32,340 nt of DNA from a virus (lineage: Duplodnaviria; Caudoviricetes): positions 1 to 32,340 of the IMG/VR virus record IMGVR_UViG_3300014656_000088; one strand, given 5' to 3'. Within the stretch, counting starts at the first letter, position 1; every line of letters begins with the position of its first letter. Under the pieces are notes generated by a model. The model saw only the letters and a program-made list of their open reading frames with translations. It was not told the origin of the DNA and ran no database searches. The translations under genes were made by a program, and so were the position numbers. Below are positions 1-8,663 of this stretch, piece by piece.

Positions 1-523
1 CCTGAGACCTCATAGGCCCCTATGTCTACACCTGCACCAGCGGGGACCATCTTGCCCTGGTAGTCCTGAGTTAGGCCGACGGGTGTGCCTGTATCCTTAC
101 AGGGGGATCCAACCGGGAGTCTGTAAAATCTTCGCCACCCCCTTCTTCTGTCCAAGAAGATATTAAATCAGCCCCACTAATAATCGGATCAGATCCCGTT
201 CCATATGCTCCAAGGGTGATAATATTCCCTTCTGTTCCCGTTGCTGATACAGTCAACTGTTCACGCCATGTCTGGCTTTTGCGGAACAATACGGAATCGC
301 CTGCTGCAAGGGCCGAGAAAGCATTGATGTCGGCTATCGTCTTATAAACCGAATCGCTCCCCGTATCCGTGGCAAAGGTCGTGGGATTGTAGGTCGTGAA
401 GTCAGGGGTCGCGCTGGCGACGTAGGTGTCTGTCACCGCACTATCGACATACCATATCGCCCCTTCAGCAATCCCAACCCAAGAAAGGATTAATAGGAAT
501 ATGAGAAATCTTTTCATGTTCAT
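1..523 (-). pseudogene. Secreted right-handed beta-helix (pectate lyase-like) protein, internally deleted/frameshifted
   Basis: ORF 71..523 has a signal peptide and a typical beta-helix N-cap (WYVD...GDSVLFRKSQTWREQL...ITLGAYGTGSDPIISG). Near nt 125-128 it meets, out of frame, a typical C-terminal motif YRLPVGSPCKDTG..GLTQDYQGKMVPAGAGVDIGAYE (nt ~125 to 1). The beta-helix core is absent. Confidence 0.7.
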
Positions 524-532
524 GTTGGCTCC

Positions 533-1162
533 TTATGGCGTAACGCAAGCCCACGTTCCCTGAGCACCTACTGATTCCCAATGAGTGCTATCTAACGCAA
601 CCATCGCCACATAATCTCCAGCCGCTCCACCGGAAACAAGATTTTGAGTAGCTGCACAATCAACCTTAGTCGTGGGATTGTAAATAATCACATTCGAGCC
701 AGCAACTAAAGTTATCACACCTGTATTGGTTCCTCCTGCCCCTTGACCATTCTTTACTATCAGTTGCATCCCTGCTACCGGAGTGGAGAGGGTGACGGGA
801 AATGCCGTCGCTGGTGTAGCATGTTTATTGACGATGATATGAGACATCTTACCGGCGGGGTTAGCCGTTATAGCACCGGTTGTCCAAATTGTCGTGTTTG
901 TGAGGCCATCCACTATCCCAGTTGCAAGAAGAGAGGTTCCCGTTGCCGCTCCAATGTCAGGATCTGTAATTATTGTTACGGTGCCGTCCCCATTATCGGT
1001 GATTGTACCATTGGGGAAGATAAGTTTATAGGCCCATGCGGAAGGAGAAGTGTCTGCCTCCGTAACATTGATAGCCGAAACAGGAGGTGGGGGCGCCCCC
1101 GATATACAGGGGAATCCCAAAAGAAGTATTAAAATTAATCCAATCAGCTTTTTTTTCATCAT
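533..1162 (-). CDS. Signal-peptide-bearing phage structural-like (fibre/decoration) protein
   Basis: 209-aa ORF; N-terminus MMKKKLIGLILILLLGFPCISGA; Thr/Gly/Ala-rich beta-structured body; GGAG upstream. Confidence 0.6.
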   Translation of the reverse strand: MMKKKLIGLILILLLGFPCISGAPPPPVSAINVTEADTSPSAWAYKLIFPNGTITDNGDGTVTIITDPDIGAATGTSLLATGIVDGLTNTTIWTTGAITANPAGKMSHIIVNKHATPATAFPVTLSTPVAGMQLIVKNGQGAGGTNTGVITLVAGSNVIIYNPTTKVDCAATQNLVSGGAAGDYVAMVALDSTHWESVGAQGTWACVTP

Positions 1163-1171
1163 TATCTCTCC

Positions 1172-1660
1172 TTACCTTTGAATAAATAATATTGCCGTTC
1201 CGGTAGCCGAAGCATTGGTATTGTTTGTTAAGGTGAATGTCAGCACACCCGTAATAAGACCAGAATATTTGGTCGGGTCTGGAAGCGGCCTTGCAACCTC
1301 TGTTGCTGTTGCACTTCTGTCCCCCAAAGCTCCGCCCATAACATCTATTCCGTTCGGATCAAGCAAGGTAATGTCATAAAGAGTTGTTGGTGCTGCCCCA
1401 CCACTTCCAGGCACAATAAGCACCTGAATAATGTATCTCCCTTGCATTTGTTCCGTGATAGGACCCGAAATTGGGACGGCTGTCACGCCCCCCCCCGCCC
1501 CTGCTGTCCAGGCTAACGTAACCGTATATACATCGTTATCTCGTTCAGAAAACTTCGTCATCCTGCTTATTGTCTGTGTAACGGTTCCGGCAGCAAAAGC
1601 TGAGGATGCCATAAGGATCAATAAGATACCTATGAAACCTGCTCTTAATAACTTTTTCAT
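1172..1660 (-). CDS. Signal-peptide-bearing beta-sandwich phage protein
   Basis: 162-aa ORF; MKKLLRAGFIGILLILMASSAFA with an AFA signal peptidase site; AGGAGG RBS upstream. Confidence 0.65.
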   Translation of the reverse strand: MKKLLRAGFIGILLILMASSAFAAGTVTQTISRMTKFSERDNDVYTVTLAWTAGAGGGVTAVPISGPITEQMQGRYIIQVLIVPGSGGAAPTTLYDITLLDPNGIDVMGGALGDRSATATEVARPLPDPTKYSGLITGVLTFTLTNNTNASATGTAILFIQR

Positions 1661-1690
1661 CTTTCTTTCCTCCTGAGTTTTTACTTAAAC

Positions 1691-1764
1691 AAAAAAAGAC
1701 CACGCTGGGAGGATTTCTCCCAAGGTGGCCTTTGCTCTCGCTTACTATCTGAGAATTAGGCGGT
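1691..1764 (-). promoter_or_regulatory. Leader attenuator copy 1 (antiterminator hairpin overlapping an intrinsic terminator)
   Basis: CCGCCUAAUUCUC..GAGAGCAAAGGCCAC..GGAGAAAU..GUGGUCUUUUUUU; similar to 25624..25696. Confidence 0.7.
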
Positions 1765-1778
1765 CAGTTTACCTTCAA

Positions 1779-1807
1779 ATTATACCATTAAAAACGTCTA
1801 TTTTCAC
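1779..1807 (-). promoter_or_regulatory. Extended -10 sigma70-like promoter
   Basis: GTGAAA, 17-nt spacer ending in TGG, then TATAAT; immediately upstream of attenuator copy 1. Confidence 0.55.
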
Positions 1808-1808
1808 C

Positions 1809-4800
1809 TTACTTCTTTTCTTTTTGTTTTTTCATAATTTCTAAAATAAGCATTGATTTTTCTTCATTAGACCTAGCCCTTGAAATAGCCTCGAATTCTG
1901 GCGAGCCAAACCTATAACCAGCAATCCCCTGGAGTCTTTCAAGAAATTCTTTATATGTATGTCTCTGAATTGATTTATTCTTAACCATCCGGTCATATAC
2001 AACCTGGGGGGTTTCAGGCCCAATTTTAGGATAATTTTCTGAAATCCACTTATTTAAGGCATCATCAATTCTCAGCGATTCTCTTGCTCTTTCTGTTCTT
2101 ACCAGATCAGATACATGCCTTAATTTGTCTGCCCTACCAGCATCGGATACCCTGAGAAACCTATTCAAAAAATTTCCCACAACAGGAAGACCCAATATTG
2201 TCTCTAATTCTCCCTTTACTTCATCAACAGTTCTTCCCTTGAACCGATAAACAATTCCTCCCCCTAATTGATTAGAGGAATATTTTAGCATTTCTTCAAT
2301 AGCTTCTTTTCCGCCTGCCTCCATTAATCTTTCTGGAAGAACATATCTTCCTCTGAAAGGATCATAGGGATTTTTCCCAGTTAAATATTGTTTCCAATTT
2401 GAAGCTAATCCCAAAAGTGGGTTTACACCAGTATAGGGGAGTCCCCCAGCCATATAATCTACAATGTCGCCAACGTTTCCAGCTTTCCCAAGACGCATAG
2501 CTTTCCACAACATACCACCTACAATCTGTCCTTGAAAGTCATGAGGCATTACGAAATAGACGGTTTTATTATCAGGAGTTAAGCCTATTGGTACTGTTAA
2601 ATAATTTCCTTTATCCCTTTCGGAAATGTTATCCATAAGACTCTTAATGGTTTTCCCTAACAATCCTGCTCCCGCTGCAAGCATCAGCAACTTGGGCAAA
2701 ACATCATACTTAAACGTCTTCCAGGCATACGCAGAAGGCTCTTCTTTGGCTGCTTCTAGTGCCGCCCTGACACCTTCCTTCCCTGCATTGGAGAACCAGA
2801 AGAAATTGTTATATAAGAAGTCAAGTCCACCTTTTTCCCAGAAGTCGGGAGAACCCGCCCGCTTTCTGATTAGGTGAGCTATCTGTTTGTCTGATAGAGA
2901 TGTATTTTCCTTTAAAAACTTGTATGCCGCAATCTTTGTAATACGTTCTCCGGTAGCACCAAAGTTGTCTAACAACATCTCTCCAGCCTTGAGATACTCC
3001 CATATTAGTTTATATGGTCTCAAAACCTCAAGCTCATACTTGGCTGGTGTTTCACCGAAAGACTGAACGATCTTGTCAAGGTGACTTTCCGGCCCCAATT
3101 CACTAGAAGCCCAATATCTCCCAACACCAAGAGCCTTCATTTGATACATGGCTTTTACGTCTTCAGTGGAAACTTCTTTAAAAACATCCTTGTAGGCATC
3201 CGGCAAAGACTTTACGGCATATTTGATTGCCCTTGGGATATTCATCCCAGGCACTTGTTTTGCCAACGCCTTTATGTCTCTCTGGATATTCCATACCCAC
3301 CAACCAGGGTTATGGCTTACCAGTATCATTTTAAGCGGTTGTTGAATTACACTCAATGCTCTCAATATCGGTTGGAAATCGTAAGGATCTCTGGAGAAGA
3401 TGTTTGCAATGTTTTTGGGTACATAATATCCCGTTACTTTTCCTTCCTGAGTATAGGCAATAAGTCCTAACTTGGGGTCTCTGGGTTCGATTATATCATT
3501 ATATTTTCCGGTCCACCTTGTTTCGGCAGGGGTTATTTTGTCTGGAAACTCTTTACTTAAAAAATTCACAACACTTTCGGCAATCAGCTTTCTTTCAGCC
3601 ATACGGATAAGAGACATATCTTTTATGACTGTCGCGGTTAGGGGGTTAACAACTTCTTTCAGTGTCCCAACTTGTCTGTATATTTTGGCCGTCATGTTGG
3701 AACCATATTTATTTTCTAAATGTTCCCTGACGCCCCAGGCTGCATATTCTTCATTTTTTTCAATAAACTCCATTGTTTCTGGATAAAGTGTCCTAGATTC
3801 TTTGAGAATTGGTATAATATCTTTCTGCCGTATTTCCCAATTCTTTTTCATAAGATCAGTAAGGTAATTAAATCTTTCATCTCCCAACTGTTTCTTTAGG
3901 AAGGCCATCTGCTTCAGCGCATCAGCTTCGGTATACCCCAATGGGTTTGCCAACTTTGCTCTTTCATGGGCTTCCCTACGATAAAGCAAATACTCGCCTA
4001 TGTCAGATTGGGTTATTCCTTTAGCTTGAGCAGGCTTTAGAATAGTATTATTAACATCCCGAACCATATCAAATATCGGACTTGAAATATACGGAAGTTC
4101 CTCTGTCCAATAGTCCGGGTCTTTTTCTGGGTCTAGCTTCTCGCCCCGCCTTTCTACTACCCTTTTAAGTTTAAGGATTCCCTCGCGCCTTGAAACAAAA
4201 GCGGTTCTCAATGATTGTATAATGTTATAGGGTTCTGGTTTCCTGAGTTCTGCAAGAGTTTCTTCTCCTCGCTGAAACATCGCCTTAACCTGCTCGCGTC
4301 TATGCCCAGAAACCTCTTCTTCGCCCATACTGATTCTGGCCTGAATATCATCATATACTCGTTTCACTTCTGGCTTACGATGTATGTAATTAAAGAATGC
4401 CTTGTAAAAACTTGGGGCCTTGTCTGCCAACAGCGCAGGATTATTCAATAAGACACTCCCAGCATCAGCATACAACTCAGCAGGTGAAAAACGATACTTA
4501 GTAAACGTGGTCCCAGGAATAGGCGTAAAAGGTTTCCAAATCACAGAAAGATTCTTCAACTCTGACATCATTGTATCGTAAGTAAAGACTTGCCTCTTTT
4601 CTAATTCCTCTTTCACCAACTTATTGAAGACATCCCGCAACCTTTGGTCCCAATCCCTGAAGGGACGACCTTCAATCGGAATTGAGATTCTAAACCTTCG
4701 CTGATTTGCTGCTGATACAATCCCCTTCATCGCTTCTCTTACAATCTGATTCTTTTCCACTTCGCTAAGAGAAACTATGAATTCATATATTGGTTTTAAC

Positions 4801-7800
4801 TTGCTTCTGGCTTCAACATCATTCCAGATTGCCTTAATGTCGTCCGGGGTCAATTTAATATCTTTGAACGCAGCTTCTTGTTCTGCTGCCGCAGCTTTCT
4901 CAAGTTTTAGGGCTTCTCTGGCCTCCGTCATTAACCGTGATCTGTCTGCTTTAGTTAGAGGTCCAGGTGCCCCCTCATATGCCTCAAGATATTTCTTGAG
5001 ATAGTTTCTTAATGAAGCAATCCTACCAAAGATGTTCCCCCGTTGCTTCAATATATATTCCGGGAGGTCGTCTATAAAATGGAATATTTCATGAGCAATC
5101 GTCGCCTTCGCCTGTGCAGGGTCTTGGAATATATCTGCCCGCAACTCTATTTTTCCTTTTCCTGGACGATAGAGTCCGCCCGCCATACCATGAAAGGCTC
5201 GAAGTTTCTTTTTAATAGCTGGGTATTTCCCTTCGCTAAGTAGGTTATACAACTCCACCATTTCAGGCATTTCAACGATATTAATCATTCGGCCAGGGGG
5301 CGCTTTGGGTCTTCCTGCTGCTGCTCCGGGGCCTCCAATATCATAGGTCCCTATGCTTGCCATTACAGAAGGTTCGGAGACTTCTGGGGTTGGTTCTACC
5401 TCTGCCCCCTTCTCCGCCAAATCCCTTGCCAGTACAAATCCTTCTTCACCAAACTCCATCTTGCCAGCACGTCTAATAAACTCGTCTTCTCCTAGACGGG
5501 CAAGGGCTTCTTGGGGGGTTTCCTTGGGTTTCTCTATGCGTTCTGCGGCACCCGTATCTTCCAGATACTTCGCTTCTGCCACATCGTAGTTTGGATATTC
5601 GGTTACACTTACTACCCGCCCAGATTCAGTATCAAAAACTCTGATAAATCCCCGTCTGTCTTCCAATCGACTTGCATTAAATAGTTCGTACACCATGCCG
5701 TCAATTGTATGCGTTTTTGCAACAATGACATCGGTTCCCATTATCTTCTGGCTGTCCCCAACTTTTAGAGGGACAAGAACTTCAGTGGGGGGTTCCTTGG
5801 GTGTAACCTTCGGTCTCATCCCCTCAAGTTTGGCTTCCTGCGGTTTCTCAACATACTTGCCGACTATCTCGTTAAAATCGGTTAGCCCCTCTAACTTTTC
5901 AGATAGAGATTTTTTTGCTTTCTGGTAGGCTTCTTCTGATACAAATTCTTTGTGTGAAGGTACAACAGCCCCGGCCTCTCCCGCCGAGGGGGATGGTTTA
6001 GGGAGGTCTTTTTTCGTCCAATTTTCGGCAGCATAATCCCATGGGACTATGTGTTCTGACCATTGATCATCAATACCGAATTTTTCAATTGCCTTATTGT
6101 AATATTTTTTATATGCCTCTGAAGTTAATAGAATGGTAGGACTTCCTTCTTCAAAACCAATAAAACCTTCGTATCCATTCCTTTCGGCAAGAGACAATAG
6201 CTCTGGTATATCTTCGGCATAGGTTGCCCGTTCTCCCTTTCCTGAACGGAATTCAAAAACTTCATCAATACCATATTTTTTATAAAATGCTTCGAAATCT
6301 TTTCTGGTTGGTTCGTCTGATATTTTTCTCGTATCTATTAACTTGTCTTTTGTGATTGTTAATCTTTGAACTTCTCCTCCTTTTCGTTTACCGTATTTAC
6401 TAGCATATTCAGGATCAATTGAAAAATATGTTCCTTGCTCTGTTTCGGGAGTAAATTCTTCCGCCCCTCGATAGATATAAAATTCTCCTTTGTCGTTAAG
6501 AGATATGTGTTTTTCTTTCCCACCTTCGGGCACTTTGGGGATTTTACCGGTGGGTTCGCCCGCCCCCTTCTTTGGGGTCATCGGCTCTATTTTAGCACCA
6601 AATTCCTCCCTCGTCATCCCCTCAAGTTTGGCTTCCTGTCCCACTGTTTTTTCAAGTATCCCCCTATTTGTTTTACTATCCCTAATAAATTTTCCTTCCA
6701 CCATCCATCCAATGTTGCGTATATCTGTAACCGTATCTCCAGCTTTTTCTAATTCCAAATATGCTTCTGGATGAGTTTTGGCAACATAGATATTTCCTTC
6801 TTTACTTTTAACCGCCGCCTCAACCATCCCCTCAAGGCGTTGCCCAAGTTCAAGTGCTTGGTCAAGAGACAAATCTTCTATGTCTCTATTATATACGTTC
6901 TTTGCTTCTTGTACCGCTTTTGTCCCGTAAGTTTCCCACGTGCTTGATATAACCATTGCCCTTGCTGCATCTTCATCGCCCTTGACATCTTTGAGTAGTT
7001 CACGTTTGGCAAACGCAATGTCTTTCTTAACCTTCGGCTTCATCCCTTCAAGTTTGGGTTCCTGTGGTTTCTCTACATATTTACCAACTATCTCGTTGAA
7101 ATCAGTTAATCCTTCTAATTTTCTGCCACTGAAAGAATATAATGTTCCCCTTGCTTCTTCTGCCGTCAAGTATCTACCTTTATTGGTCACAAATCCACTA
7201 ATATCTGCTACGTTCTTCTTTTCAGCCTCAGATAATTGATAGAATAATCCCGCATGGCCTCTCTCTGCTTTTGGGAAATCCTTCGCGGTGATAATCCTAC
7301 CATCCTTCATTTTAATAGCTGAACCAATTACCATCTCTGGCTTTTCAATAGCAGCAAGTTTGGTTTCCTGCTCCACAATCTTCTTATCTAATTCCGTAGG
7401 CTCTTCTGGCACATACTTCTTGATTGCCTCGGCAGGCTTCATCCCCCCCAACGTCACCGGAGGGCCTTCTGGCGAGACTTTTTCTATGGGGAGGGGTTGG
7501 ATAGCCTCAACCTTCGCTTCGGGTGTGGGACCTCTGGGTAATTCTACGGGTTCTCGTGTGGTTTTTACCACGGGGATAATATTTGTAGCCGTTACCCTGT
7601 GAATTTTATCGGGACCTTCGACTGTGATTGAATCCTTCTTAACCGCTGTGATTTTCCCTACAATCCCAACATCGCCCCAATTAACGTCCTGTCCTACCTT
7701 GAAAGATTTCTGGGGATCTGCAAGACTTGGAACCTGTACCATATCGACTGGTTTCTCAACTGCTATCGGCGCAATATCCTCTTTGGCAATATCTACGAGT

Positions 7801-8663
7801 TTGCCCTTGGGGACTTCAACCGGAGTCGGTCTTGCTTCCGCAGGAGGAACAGTCGGTTTCGGCACTTCTGTTACGGGAGGTTCTTCGCCCTTCATTCTTC
7901 GGGCAAGGGCTTCTTTTCTCCATGTAGGGTTGTTCCATTTGCGAAGTAACTCTCCCTCGGTGTAACCTTTGGCAATCATGTCATCGAGAGATTGAACGAC
8001 CATCCCACGTTCCGGTATCGTCATTTTACGATACCAAACCGTATCGGTTATTGTTTTGGAAATGGGTTTTGTAAAGAATTCGGCTACCCGTGGAAATCCT
8101 CTTTTAAGTGCTGCACCTGCCTCACCTAAGAACTTCCCCGCCGCATAATAACTTACGGCCTCCATTGCTGTTTCTGGAGATCGCCATTCCTTTGTGCCAA
8201 TAATTTGTTCACGAAATGGAAATTGTTCTGCTACAACCTCTGGTATTTTTTCTAGCAAACCTTGAGGTGCAGTCTCATACAATCCTTCTCTCGGTGATAT
8301 CTTGGGTTCACCATAGAATATTCTTTTAAGTTCAGAAGGCATTTCTTTAATCGTTGGTGGGATAGCAGCTATATGGGGATACTTAGCGGCCCAGGGGATT
8401 TCTTGGACTTCTTCCCCTAATGCTTCGGGTGGAACTTGCCTTGTTACTGGCACATGAGAAGGTGCAAGTTCGGGGGAAATAGTCGTTTCTGGAGGCAAGG
8501 TTGGTTCTGGAGTCACAACATCCCTCAAAAGTTCCATACCTCTATCAAGGGTTCTGGACACTAATCCCTTCTCATATTCAATGTCTTCAGGACGGATATC
8601 GACGAGCTTCCCTCTTGCCGGTAAACGTTCAATGTCCTGCGGTGCAATATCAACAAGTGGCAT
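1809..8663 (-). CDS. Large polyvalent ejection/internal virion protein (SH3/KOW-like, ART-like, HExxH metallopeptidase, LPD38-like C-terminus)
   Basis: 2284 aa; last of the ejection genes. YRG..GTYFS..YA..GYEG resembles the ART domain of polyvalent proteins (~6120-6490); AHEIFH zincin motif (~5080-5096); C-terminal YLTVP..P..NP..TGKNPYDPFRGRYV resembles LPD38. Confidence 0.8.
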   Translation of the reverse strand: MPLVDIAPQDIERLPARGKLVDIRPEDIEYEKGLVSRTLDRGMELLRDVVTPEPTLPPETTISPELAPSHVPVTRQVPPEALGEEVQEIPWAAKYPHIAAIPPTIKEMPSELKRIFYGEPKISPREGLYETAPQGLLEKIPEVVAEQFPFREQIIGTKEWRSPETAMEAVSYYAAGKFLGEAGAALKRGFPRVAEFFTKPISKTITDTVWYRKMTIPERGMVVQSLDDMIAKGYTEGELLRKWNNPTWRKEALARRMKGEEPPVTEVPKPTVPPAEARPTPVEVPKGKLVDIAKEDIAPIAVEKPVDMVQVPSLADPQKSFKVGQDVNWGDVGIVGKITAVKKDSITVEGPDKIHRVTATNIIPVVKTTREPVELPRGPTPEAKVEAIQPLPIEKVSPEGPPVTLGGMKPAEAIKKYVPEEPTELDKKIVEQETKLAAIEKPEMVIGSAIKMKDGRIITAKDFPKAERGHAGLFYQLSEAEKKNVADISGFVTNKGRYLTAEEARGTLYSFSGRKLEGLTDFNEIVGKYVEKPQEPKLEGMKPKVKKDIAFAKRELLKDVKGDEDAARAMVISSTWETYGTKAVQEAKNVYNRDIEDLSLDQALELGQRLEGMVEAAVKSKEGNIYVAKTHPEAYLELEKAGDTVTDIRNIGWMVEGKFIRDSKTNRGILEKTVGQEAKLEGMTREEFGAKIEPMTPKKGAGEPTGKIPKVPEGGKEKHISLNDKGEFYIYRGAEEFTPETEQGTYFSIDPEYASKYGKRKGGEVQRLTITKDKLIDTRKISDEPTRKDFEAFYKKYGIDEVFEFRSGKGERATYAEDIPELLSLAERNGYEGFIGFEEGSPTILLTSEAYKKYYNKAIEKFGIDDQWSEHIVPWDYAAENWTKKDLPKPSPSAGEAGAVVPSHKEFVSEEAYQKAKKSLSEKLEGLTDFNEIVGKYVEKPQEAKLEGMRPKVTPKEPPTEVLVPLKVGDSQKIMGTDVIVAKTHTIDGMVYELFNASRLEDRRGFIRVFDTESGRVVSVTEYPNYDVAEAKYLEDTGAAERIEKPKETPQEALARLGEDEFIRRAGKMEFGEEGFVLARDLAEKGAEVEPTPEVSEPSVMASIGTYDIGGPGAAAGRPKAPPGRMINIVEMPEMVELYNLLSEGKYPAIKKKLRAFHGMAGGLYRPGKGKIELRADIFQDPAQAKATIAHEIFHFIDDLPEYILKQRGNIFGRIASLRNYLKKYLEAYEGAPGPLTKADRSRLMTEAREALKLEKAAAAEQEAAFKDIKLTPDDIKAIWNDVEARSKLKPIYEFIVSLSEVEKNQIVREAMKGIVSAANQRRFRISIPIEGRPFRDWDQRLRDVFNKLVKEELEKRQVFTYDTMMSELKNLSVIWKPFTPIPGTTFTKYRFSPAELYADAGSVLLNNPALLADKAPSFYKAFFNYIHRKPEVKRVYDDIQARISMGEEEVSGHRREQVKAMFQRGEETLAELRKPEPYNIIQSLRTAFVSRREGILKLKRVVERRGEKLDPEKDPDYWTEELPYISSPIFDMVRDVNNTILKPAQAKGITQSDIGEYLLYRREAHERAKLANPLGYTEADALKQMAFLKKQLGDERFNYLTDLMKKNWEIRQKDIIPILKESRTLYPETMEFIEKNEEYAAWGVREHLENKYGSNMTAKIYRQVGTLKEVVNPLTATVIKDMSLIRMAERKLIAESVVNFLSKEFPDKITPAETRWTGKYNDIIEPRDPKLGLIAYTQEGKVTGYYVPKNIANIFSRDPYDFQPILRALSVIQQPLKMILVSHNPGWWVWNIQRDIKALAKQVPGMNIPRAIKYAVKSLPDAYKDVFKEVSTEDVKAMYQMKALGVGRYWASSELGPESHLDKIVQSFGETPAKYELEVLRPYKLIWEYLKAGEMLLDNFGATGERITKIAAYKFLKENTSLSDKQIAHLIRKRAGSPDFWEKGGLDFLYNNFFWFSNAGKEGVRAALEAAKEEPSAYAWKTFKYDVLPKLLMLAAGAGLLGKTIKSLMDNISERDKGNYLTVPIGLTPDNKTVYFVMPHDFQGQIVGGMLWKAMRLGKAGNVGDIVDYMAGGLPYTGVNPLLGLASNWKQYLTGKNPYDPFRGRYVLPERLMEAGGKEAIEEMLKYSSNQLGGGIVYRFKGRTVDEVKGELETILGLPVVGNFLNRFLRVSDAGRADKLRHVSDLVRTERARESLRIDDALNKWISENYPKIGPETPQVVYDRMVKNKSIQRHTYKEFLERLQGIAGYRFGSPEFEAISRARSNEEKSMLILEIMKKQKEKK
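5805..7122 (-). repeat. Dispersed in-frame direct repeats encoding KLEG(L/M) linkers
   Basis: 31-aa repeat KLEGLTDFNEIVGKYVEKPQE(P/A)KLEGM(K/R)PKV at ~7029-7122 and ~5805-5898; identical 24-nt copies at 5817-5840 and 6615-6638; partial copy at ~6825-6836. Confidence 0.9.

Noticed and set aside
5805-7122. Diversity-generating retroelement template/variable repeat pair
   Set aside because: Differences are mostly synonymous and not adenine-specific, both copies are coding, and no reverse transcriptase is present
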